From contig JAZRCO010000077.1 of assembly GCA_045659855.1 (NCBI GenBank), positions 1-26,229 of the forward strand: a DNA stretch of 26,229 nt. The letters are read 5' to 3'. A model generated the notes under the pieces. That model was not told the origin of the DNA. It ran no database searches and worked only from the letters and a program-made list of their open reading frames with translations. The first letter of the stretch is position 1. Each line of letters begins with the position of its first letter. Shown here one piece after another: positions 19,834 through 26,229 of the stretch. Source of the DNA: Eubacteriales bacterium (lineage in GTDB: Bacteria; Bacillota; Clostridia; Oscillospirales; CAG-272). A program made the position numbers and the translations under genes.

Positions 19834-20835
19834 TTATGCGAGCTCAATGAGCTTTAAGCAAAGCTCATTATAATTAAGTCCCGCCACCGCCGCCTCCTGC
19901 GGCAAAAGACTTGTGGGTGTCATTCCCGGGAGGGCATTCGCCTCAAGGAAGAAAAATTCATCGGATTCGTCAAGAATAAAATCTATTCTCGAATAAGAGC
20001 CGAGTCTTAAAACTCTATGCGCTCTCTCGGCATAAGCTTGAAGCTTTTTCGTAAGTGCATCATCAAGGGGCGCAGGACATATCTCGTGCGCAAGGCCCGC
20101 CTGATATTTCACCTTATAGTTGTAGAAATCGCCCGTTGCGATTATCTCAATGGGAGGAAGTGCTCTTCCGTCAAGGATGCCAACGGAGAATTCCCTGCCC
20201 ACCACCTGCTTTTCAACAAGCACGTTTTCGGAAAATCTCTCCGCCTCCTCAAGCGCTTCATCAAGCGCTCTCTCACTCGTAACCTTGGTAACACCAACGC
20301 TCGAGCCGTTATCGGCGGGCTTTACAAAGCAAGGAATAAGGCCCTTTAATGCCTCTCTACCGTCCTTGTTTGTCAACCACTCGGCTGTGGGAACACCCTC
20401 TCTTGCGACAAGCTCCTTGGAGATTATCTTATCCATTGAAAGCATGCATCCAACCGATGAGCTACCCGTAAATCTAATTCCGTTCATTTCAAGCAATGCT
20501 TGAAGCTTTCCGTTTTCCCCAACGCCTCCATGAAGAGCAAGGAATGCCACGTCCGCCATCTTACAAAATTCAACAACATTTTCACCCACGGGATTTTCTC
20601 TTCCGCCATTGGATGCGATAAGCGCTGCAAGATCGGGAGCTACCTCGGGAATCTTATATTCGTATCTTCCCTCCACACCGTCAAAATTCATCCTGTCTTT
20701 TTCAATACCGTAATAAAGATCCACAAGGACTGCACGGTGTCCACACTCTCTAAGAGCGTTTGCTATGAGTGAGCCCGATGCGAGAGAAACGTCCCTCTCC
20801 ATGCTAAGTCCACCCGCTAAAACAACTATATTCAT
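19834..20835 (-). CDS. ddl: D-alanine--D-alanine ligase
   Basis: VLAGGLSMERDVSLASG, LHGGVGENG, FVKPADNGSSVG, GREFSVG, FYNYKVKY omega loop, SRIDF, LEANALPGMT. Confidence 0.95.
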   Translation of the reverse strand: MNIVVLAGGLSMERDVSLASGSLIANALRECGHRAVLVDLYYGIEKDRMNFDGVEGRYEYKIPEVAPDLAALIASNGGRENPVGENVVEFCKMADVAFLALHGGVGENGKLQALLEMNGIRFTGSSSVGCMLSMDKIISKELVAREGVPTAEWLTNKDGREALKGLIPCFVKPADNGSSVGVTKVTSERALDEALEEAERFSENVLVEKQVVGREFSVGILDGRALPPIEIIATGDFYNYKVKYQAGLAHEICPAPLDDALTKKLQAYAERAHRVLRLGSYSRIDFILDESDEFFFLEANALPGMTPTSLLPQEAAVAGLNYNELCLKLIELA

Positions 20836-20867
20836 TGAATATTACCTCTTCTATACTACATTATATG

Positions 20868-22298
20868 CTACTTGACCGCTATCTTTGCAAGTCCCGCTTC
20901 ACTTGTTTCCTTATATGCAGGTGACATATCGTCGCCCGTTTCCTTCATCGCAATGACCACCTTATCAAAGGATATCTTTCTTGTATCGAACAAAAGATTA
21001 GCAAGGTTTGCGGCATTGATGGCACGCATTGCCGCCACGGCATTTCTCTCGATGCAGGGGATTTGCACAAGACCGCATATGGGGTCACAGGTCAAGCCCA
21101 AATGATGCTCAAGAGCTATCTCCGCCGCATATTCGATCTTATCGATGTCCATTCCGTAAAGCTCGGCAAGAGCCGCCGCTCCCATGGAGCAAGCACTTCC
21201 GATCTCGGCTTGACATCCACATTCCGCACCCGAAATGGACGCGTTGTGCTTGATGAGGTTGCCTATTACTCCCGCGGTGGTGAGCGCCTTGATGATATCG
21301 TCGTCGGTGGCATTCTTTTTATGCTTATGATAGAGCATTACCGCAGGAAGAACACCCGCTGCACCGCACGTGGGAGCAGTAACGATTTTTTGTCCTGCCG
21401 CATTTTGCTCTCCAACGGCAAATGCAAGCGCACAAACGAGTCTATCCTCGCGCGTTTCTCTATTCTCGTCCTCCTTATAGGTGTTAAAGAGCTGCTTTGC
21501 TCTCTTGTAAACACCGAGTCCGCCGGGAAGGATGCCTTCGTCATCAAGACCTGCCTGAATAGAATCCTTCATCGCCTGCCATATGCTCGCCATATGCTCG
21601 TAAAAGCCCTCGCCCTCTATTTCAAAGGCGTATTCCCAAATTCTAATGCCCTTATTTCTACAGTAATCGGCGATATCCTTAAAGGTATCCAAAGGATAAA
21701 TCATTTGACTTTTGGCAAGCTTTTCGCCTTCAGCCACAATGCTTCCCCCACCAACGCTATAAAAACGTTGCTTTGCAATCTCTTTCCCACCACTTATAGC
21801 AACAAGGTCCATTGTGTTGGGATGCACGGGGCATTCGGTGTCAAAGTCAAATTCCACCTCGCACTCGCAGGGCAAAAAGGTTTGCACGATAACGTAATCA
21901 GTTCCGTGTCCCTTACCCGTTTTGGAAAGCGAGCCGTAAAGCGTAGCACGATATTTTTCAGCGGGATGCTCCTCCTTGAATCTAAGACATGCACGCTCGG
22001 GGCCTATTGTGTGTGAGCTCGAGGGGCCTCTACCTATCTTGTAAAGCTCGCGAAGAGAGGACATTCCACCCTCCTTGGTGAGCTTTTTGCTCTGCGACTC
22101 CTCGGATTGATAAAAATAGGTTATGGAAACGCCAAACATTTTGGCTATTTGTAAAAGATTTTTAGTTGAGGGATTGGAGAGATTATTCTCCCATTTAGAC
22201 ACCGCCTGCTCGCTGATACCGAGTCGGTCCGCAAGCTCTCGCTGTGTAACACCCTTGCTTTTTCTAAGCTTTTTGATTCTTTCGCCTTGAGTTCTCAT
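20868..22298 (-). CDS. sdaA: XRE-family HTH domain fused to single-chain Fe-S L-serine ammonia-lyase
   Basis: aa 1-65 HTH_3 (TQRELADRLGISEQAVSKWEN); from aa 79 LYKIGRGPSSSHTIGP, APTCGAAG, GAECGCQAEIG, GLTCDPICGLVQIPCIERN. Confidence 0.9.
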   Translation of the reverse strand: MRTQGERIKKLRKSKGVTQRELADRLGISEQAVSKWENNLSNPSTKNLLQIAKMFGVSITYFYQSEESQSKKLTKEGGMSSLRELYKIGRGPSSSHTIGPERACLRFKEEHPAEKYRATLYGSLSKTGKGHGTDYVIVQTFLPCECEVEFDFDTECPVHPNTMDLVAISGGKEIAKQRFYSVGGGSIVAEGEKLAKSQMIYPLDTFKDIADYCRNKGIRIWEYAFEIEGEGFYEHMASIWQAMKDSIQAGLDDEGILPGGLGVYKRAKQLFNTYKEDENRETREDRLVCALAFAVGEQNAAGQKIVTAPTCGAAGVLPAVMLYHKHKKNATDDDIIKALTTAGVIGNLIKHNASISGAECGCQAEIGSACSMGAAALAELYGMDIDKIEYAAEIALEHHLGLTCDPICGLVQIPCIERNAVAAMRAINAANLANLLFDTRKISFDKVVIAMKETGDDMSPAYKETSEAGLAKIAVK

Positions 22299-22329
22299 AT
22301 TACCTCCGAATCAACCTTTAGTTGAGTAA

Positions 22330-22358
22330 ATTATAGCAAAATTATACCCCGTTGTCAA
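22330..22358 (-). promoter_or_regulatory. consensus sigmaA promoter of the HTH-sdaA gene
   Basis: minus strand TTGACA (22358-22353), 17 bp, TGC-TATAAT (22335-22330). Confidence 0.8.
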
Positions 22359-22378
22359 TCGTTTTATTAATTAATTTA

Positions 22379-22407
22379 TTGACTTTTTTTCGAAAAAGAT
22401 GTACAAT
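22379..22407 (+). promoter_or_regulatory. sigmaA-type promoter of the TrmH-family gene
   Basis: TTGACT (22379-22384), 17 bp, TACAAT (22402-22407). Confidence 0.6.
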
Positions 22408-22435
22408 AACTTTAATGAAAAGTAAAGGATATTTT

Positions 22436-23269
22436 ATGGCAAACATTATCAATATAACTGATTTTAACGATAGCGCGCTCGACGTTTACGTGCGACTCAC
22501 AGGTTCACAGCTAAGAAACAAGCTCGAGCCCGAAAAGGGTATTTTTATTGCGGAAAGCCCCACCGTTATTGAGGTGGCAATGAATTCGGGATGTACTCCC
22601 ATCTCATTTTTGACCGATGAAAGACTTATAAAAAGCGGCTCGGTTGAAAGCATTATATCCGCCTTGCCCGAGGGCACTCCCATATATACTGCAAGCCGAG
22701 AGCTACTCACCTCGCTCACCGGCTTTGAGCTCACGCGAGGCGCTCTTTGTGCAATGAAGCGCCCTGCTCTTTTGTCAGTCGAGGAGCTTTGCAAAAACGC
22801 GCGCCGAATCGCCGTTTTCGAGGAGATAACCGATTCGACCAATATTGGCGCACTCTTTCGTTCAGCCGCCGCACTCGGTATCGATGCAGTGCTTGTAACG
22901 CCCACCTGCTGTGATCCCCTATGTAGACGCGCGGTGAGAGTGAGTATGGGCACGGTTTTTCAAGTGCCGTGGACTCGTATTGGAGAAAGCAAGGCCGATT
23001 GGCCTGCCAAGATGCAGGATCTCAAGGATCTCGGCTACAAAACGCTCGCAATGGCTCTTAGAAACGACACAGTTGACATCGACGACGAGCAGCTCCACAA
23101 GGAAGAAAAGCTCGCAATCATCCTAGGCACCGAGGGCACTGGCTTAACTCCCAAAACCATTGACGATTGCGATTATACCGTAAAGATCCCAATGATGCAC
23201 GGGGTTGACTCATTGAACGTGGGTGCGGCAGGTGCCATCGCCTTTTGGGAGCTTGGGAAAGCAAGATGA
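22436..23269 (+). CDS. TrmH/SpoU-family RNA methyltransferase
   Basis: FIAESP, TNIGALFRSAAALG, RRAVRVSMG, LGTEGTGL, IPMMHGVDSLNVGAA SPOUT motifs; AAAGGA RBS before ATG 22436. Confidence 0.93.
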   Translation: MANIINITDFNDSALDVYVRLTGSQLRNKLEPEKGIFIAESPTVIEVAMNSGCTPISFLTDERLIKSGSVESIISALPEGTPIYTASRELLTSLTGFELTRGALCAMKRPALLSVEELCKNARRIAVFEEITDSTNIGALFRSAAALGIDAVLVTPTCCDPLCRRAVRVSMGTVFQVPWTRIGESKADWPAKMQDLKDLGYKTLAMALRNDTVDIDDEQLHKEEKLAIILGTEGTGLTPKTIDDCDYTVKIPMMHGVDSLNVGAAGAIAFWELGKAR

Positions 23270-23280
23270 ACCTTTCAAAT

Positions 23281-23318
23281 AAATAAAAAAGAAGCACCAA
23301 GGTGCTTCTTTTTTATTT
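23281..23318. terminator. bidirectional intrinsic terminator
   Basis: perfect 18-bp inverted repeat AAATAAAAAAGAAGCACC/GGTGCTTCTTTTTTATTT between convergent genes. Confidence 0.85.
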
Positions 23319-23321
23319 GCA

Positions 23322-25688
23322 TTATTTTTTTGTAAAGGTGATAGTTGCACTTCCCTCGTCGATCGAGTCAACCGTGAAGCTAAATGCAAGCTTATCGCCG
23401 TTATCATCGTAAACGTCACCGAATGTACTACCCTCAATAAAGGTAAAGGTATCCTCCGCGGACTTTACAAATTCGATAAGATTTTCCTTGGTTCCGTAAC
23501 CGTTGGGGTCGGATGCATCGGTATTATTATAATAAATATCGTAATAAATTCCGTCACCGTAATCCTGTGCAACAAGAGAAGCGTTCACGTGGTACACAAT
23601 GATTCCGTCGCGCGCGAAGTATCCGCTACTATCCCCACCGTTTAGTCCGTTGTTGGTGTAGTAAACAAGAATGTAATATTCTTGATATGCACCGAGCTTT
23701 TCGTCCCAGTTATTTGCGAGGATTATCGTATCACCGTTTTTCGAGAAGTCCTCGAGAGTGAGTGTAACGCTCGTTTGCGTTGTAACAAGTCTTGAGCTCC
23801 TAAGCCAACCGAGATTGAACTTGGTGAACGCATTGTGGTCGCCCACCATGGAGTCCATCACGTCGCATCCGTCAAGGGGTGAGCCAACGTATGCTGTATC
23901 GTAATAATCGTCAACACCGAGAACGTGAGCAAACTCGTGAATGTAAGTGTAGGTATTCATAACGGTGCTATCCGAATATACGGGATAACCCTCGGAATCA
24001 TAGCTCTCGTTGAGGAACTGATAGGATGCCCAAATGTAATCGTTTGCGCTTACACCGTCATATTCGTAATAGTAGCCGTCATCATCGGTGTAAATATTCC
24101 AATAGCGGTACGCCCAGTAAAAGTTCTCATCAGCGATATCGAGAGTGTTGATGAGTACCACGGAGTCGATGATTCCGTTGTTATCGGAGTCAAACTTGGA
24201 GAGGTCCATAACACCTGCAAGGTATGCAAGCGCCTCGTCCATAACAAGCTGGTCGCCTATCTCCACATCACTTCCGTAGTAATCGTAGGTCGCATTGTAA
24301 TAATAGCTACTGTCATACTTGGGAGTAAACCAGTAATCAAGAACGGTAATGTCGAGTGTGAGCTGACCGTAGCTTGAGATGTAGTAATAATCGTAAACGG
24401 AGTAGTAATCCGTTTTTCCTCCCTGCTTGAATGCTTCAAGGAGCGCATTCGTTGTGTATCCCTTGTCCGCCGCCTTGGAGTCGCTAAACTGAACGGGGAT
24501 AACAAGTACTGCGGGAGAGCCCGTTGTTGGACATCCTTCAAGATAGTATGCCTGATCGGTAACGTCCTTTACCTTTTCGGCAGCTGTGAAATCAACGTCA
24601 AAGACACCGTTATTTCCCTCGGGAAGACCTGCTCCCGCATTGGTAATAATGTTTCCGTCGGTGGAGCCGCCCAAATCACCGGAATCGCCCGAATCGCCCG
24701 AATCACCCGAGCCGCCGGAGCTACCCGTTTCAGTGATATAGTATGCATAAACGTCAACGACGTATCCTTCGTCGGTTTCGTAATATGCGATATCTACACA
24801 GTAAGAGCCGTCCTTGGCATCGTAATAGTACCAAGCGTCACCGTATTCGTCGGTTTCAGTTCCCACGTAGGTGTAGCCCGAGAACAATGCCCTATATGCC
24901 TCGAATTCCGCCTGTGTATTGCCGTAGGTGTAGAAATTTAAGCCAATTTCAGTTGTACCGTCGGAATAGTCAAAGCTATATTCCTCAACATAATATTCAC
25001 TGTTGGGAATGAACGGTATCGTTGCGCCCACAACTCTATTGAAGAGCGCCTTCTCATCGGAGGTGAAGGACATGTAGGTATGGTTGGTGTCGGTGTTGCC
25101 GCTATCGCCCTCGCTGATGCGGTAAGCGTACACGTCAACAACATAATAGCCCTCGTAATAATAGAAGGTTATATCTACGTAATATGAGCCATCCTTGGCA
25201 TCGTAGAAGAACCAAGCGTCGCCATATTCGTCATTTTCGGTGCCTGCGTAATCATAGCCCGAGAACTTGGATTTGTATGCCTCAAACTCGGCGCCCGTAT
25301 TTCCCAAGGTATAGAAATTAATTCCCGTCTTGGTGCTTCCGTCATCGTCATCCTGAGAGAAGGTTTCGAAATAATACTCATCGTTTGGGATGAAAGGAAT
25401 CACCTCGCCGAAAAGTTCATTCATTATTTGCTTTTCGCTCGCCGTAAAGGATGTATAGGTTCTCTTGTCCTCTACGGGATCGTCCGACGAATCCGCCTTC
25501 TTTGTCGTTGTAGTGGTGGTCGGCGGAACAGTGGTAGTGGTCGGTCTTGTGGTAGTGGGCTTGGTAGTAGAAGACGTGGTCGTTTCATCATCGGGAAGCG
25601 TGCCCGTTCCTCCAATATTGAAAAACTCACAAGACGCAAGTGATAAAATAATTATTAATGATAAAAGAAGAACTAATAATCTTTTCAT
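23322..25688 (-). CDS. lipoprotein with M6-family (immune inhibitor A-like) metalloprotease domain and duplicated N-terminal domain
   Basis: lipobox LSLASC, Thr-rich linker, two ~114-aa repeats, VLVIPVQFSD, HEFAHVLGVDD (HExxHxxGxxD), DVMD Met-turn, HNAFTKFNLGW. Confidence 0.85.
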   Translation of the reverse strand: MKRLLVLLLSLIIILSLASCEFFNIGGTGTLPDDETTTSSTTKPTTTRPTTTTVPPTTTTTTKKADSSDDPVEDKRTYTSFTASEKQIMNELFGEVIPFIPNDEYYFETFSQDDDDGSTKTGINFYTLGNTGAEFEAYKSKFSGYDYAGTENDEYGDAWFFYDAKDGSYYVDITFYYYEGYYVVDVYAYRISEGDSGNTDTNHTYMSFTSDEKALFNRVVGATIPFIPNSEYYVEEYSFDYSDGTTEIGLNFYTYGNTQAEFEAYRALFSGYTYVGTETDEYGDAWYYYDAKDGSYCVDIAYYETDEGYVVDVYAYYITETGSSGGSGDSGDSGDSGDLGGSTDGNIITNAGAGLPEGNNGVFDVDFTAAEKVKDVTDQAYYLEGCPTTGSPAVLVIPVQFSDSKAADKGYTTNALLEAFKQGGKTDYYSVYDYYYISSYGQLTLDITVLDYWFTPKYDSSYYYNATYDYYGSDVEIGDQLVMDEALAYLAGVMDLSKFDSDNNGIIDSVVLINTLDIADENFYWAYRYWNIYTDDDGYYYEYDGVSANDYIWASYQFLNESYDSEGYPVYSDSTVMNTYTYIHEFAHVLGVDDYYDTAYVGSPLDGCDVMDSMVGDHNAFTKFNLGWLRSSRLVTTQTSVTLTLEDFSKNGDTIILANNWDEKLGAYQEYYILVYYTNNGLNGGDSSGYFARDGIIVYHVNASLVAQDYGDGIYYDIYYNNTDASDPNGYGTKENLIEFVKSAEDTFTFIEGSTFGDVYDDNGDKLAFSFTVDSIDEGSATITFTKK
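24741..25463 (-). repeat. tandem intragenic domain duplication (25122-25463 and 24741-25082, 342 nt each)
   Basis: shared blocks IPFIPN-EYY, G-NFYT-GNT-AEFEAY, FSGY-Y-GTE-DEYGDAW, YDAKDGSY-VDI, VVDVYAY. Confidence 0.9.
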
Positions 25689-25714
25689 AATTTAGCTCCT
25701 TTCAATTTTTTTAC

Positions 25715-25743
25715 ATTATATCACAATTATTTCCATATATCAA
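25715..25743 (-). promoter_or_regulatory. sigmaA-type promoter of the M6 lipoprotein gene
   Basis: minus strand TTGATA, 17 bp, TGA-TATAAT; AAGGAG RBS before ATG 25688. Confidence 0.6.
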
Positions 25744-25809
25744 CATTTTTCTTTTAAACACTTAAAAATATCGATTGGACTCCCATCGACTTTGAGCAAA
25801 TCTTGCGCT

Positions 25810-25842
25810 AAAAAACAAACCCGAACCGTGCGGTTCGGGTTT
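25810..25842 (-). terminator. intrinsic terminator downstream of the second tRNA 3'-end copy
   Basis: AAACCCGAACC/GGTTCGGGTTT 11-bp stem (25817-25842) followed by GTTTTTT on the minus strand. Confidence 0.75.
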
Positions 25843-25850
25843 ATTGCGTT

Positions 25851-26028
25851 TGGTGCACCAAAAAGGACTTAGGAACCCCTTTTGCGCGAGTGTTTGTGCA
25901 CCCCTATATTACTGCTCGCAAAAGTGCAATTCGCAGCGCGAATTGAAGTTCAAGCATTTAATTCGTATAAGAAACAACAAGAGGGAGCAAGCTCCCCCTT
26001 GTTGTTTCTGGTGCACCAAAAAGGACTT
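25851..26028. repeat. 20-bp direct repeat of the tRNA 3' end (25851-25870 and 26009-26028)
   Basis: TGGTGCACCAAAAAGGACTT occurs identically twice, 158 bp apart. Confidence 0.95.
25971..26008 (-). terminator. hairpin immediately after the tRNA CCA (terminator or processing stem)
   Basis: GAAACAACAAG/CTTGTTGTTTC 11-bp perfect stem extended by GGGAGC/GCTCCC; weak U tract. Confidence 0.55.
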
Positions 26029-26092
26029 GAACCTTCACGTCGGGGACACCAGATCCTAAGTCTGGCGCGTCTGCCAATTCCGCCATGCCCGC
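26009..26092 (-). tRNA. tRNA-Leu(UAG) with mismatched acceptor stem (possible pseudo-tRNA)
   Basis: GCGGGCATGGCGGAATTGGCAGACGCG D arm, CCAGA-CTTAGGA-TCTGG anticodon arm, GTC/GAC variable arm, GAAGG-TTCAAGT-CCTTT T arm, A73 and encoded CCA; 5' GCGGGCA versus 3' TTGGTGC gives 3 mismatches. Confidence 0.85.
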
Positions 26093-26117
26093 ATAAATTT
26101 TTCCCGAAAGCTTTGTA

Positions 26118-26146
26118 ATTATAGCATATTTCCATATTTATGTCAA
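26118..26146 (-). promoter_or_regulatory. consensus sigmaA promoter of the tRNA-Leu gene
   Basis: minus strand TTGACA (26146-26141), 17 bp, TGC-TATAAT (26123-26118). Confidence 0.85.
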
Positions 26147-26172
26147 GCATAACAATTCGACAGTTTTGTATA

Positions 26173-26201
26173 TTGACAAACAAACAAAACTTTGATATAA
26201 T
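26173..26201 (+). promoter_or_regulatory. consensus sigmaA promoter for a transcript continuing beyond the window
   Basis: TTGACA (26173-26178), 17 bp, TGA-TATAAT (26196-26201), then a small TCCGTT/AACGGA hairpin. Confidence 0.8.
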
Positions 26202-26229
26202 GTATCCGTTGCAAAACGGAAAAATAAAT

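Noticed and set aside
19834-20835. Possible van-type D-Ala-D-Lac/D-Ser ligase given the neighbouring serine gene
   Set aside because: Omega loop FYNYKVKY retains Tyr residues, and no vanH/X/T/R/S genes are present
21063-22016. 317-aa plus-strand ORF
   Set aside because: Entirely antisense to sdaA, no recognisable motifs or RBS; shadow ORF
23322-25850. M6 lipoprotein as cargo of a genomic island integrated at the tRNA
   Set aside because: It lies outside the 20-bp repeats, there is no integrase or distal att copy in the window, and no compositional shift is obvious by eye; not excluded, but unsupported
25851-26028. Direct repeat considered as a minimal CRISPR array
   Set aside because: Only two 20-bp copies, a 138-bp spacer, repeat derived from a tRNA end, and no cas genes
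26009-26092. T-box or other riboswitch interpretation of the tRNA-like sequence
   Set aside because: It has a full cloverleaf core and its own promoter; no T-box UGGnACC antiterminator context or downstream amino-acid gene
25844-26183. Three short ORFs (71-78 aa) over the tRNA region, considered as an element-encoded peptide or xis
   Set aside because: They overlap the tRNA and hairpins, lack RBSs and motifs, and are explained by non-coding structure

Overview
Mostly housekeeping chromosomal region of a Clostridia-like Firmicute (inferred from gene content, SLH protein, sigmaA-type promoters and GGAGG RBSs). It holds 21 supportable CDSs, including tmcAL, ackA, rqcH, murA, ligA, rsmI, asd and ddl. 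No CRISPR array, integrase or transposase is visible. The notable features are: (1) a tRNA-Leu(UAG) gene behind a perfect consensus promoter, with canonical D, anticodon, variable and T arms but a non-complementary 3' acceptor strand ending in the palindrome TGGTGCACCA. Its last 20 nt are duplicated 158 bp downstream, where they close a possible 49-nt tRNA-like minihelix, and each copy is followed by a hairpin. (2) An XRE helix-turn-helix domain fused in frame to an Fe-S L-serine dehydratase that keeps its own internal RBS, has a palindrome over its predicted transcription start, and lies just upstream of ddl. (3) An intact FolC/Mur-ligase-like ORF lacking all catalytic motifs (candidate pseudoenzyme). 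(4) An M6 metalloprotease lipoprotein with a duplicated ~114-aa Tyr/Asp-rich domain that I do not recognise. All product calls come from motif recognition by eye; no searches were run.
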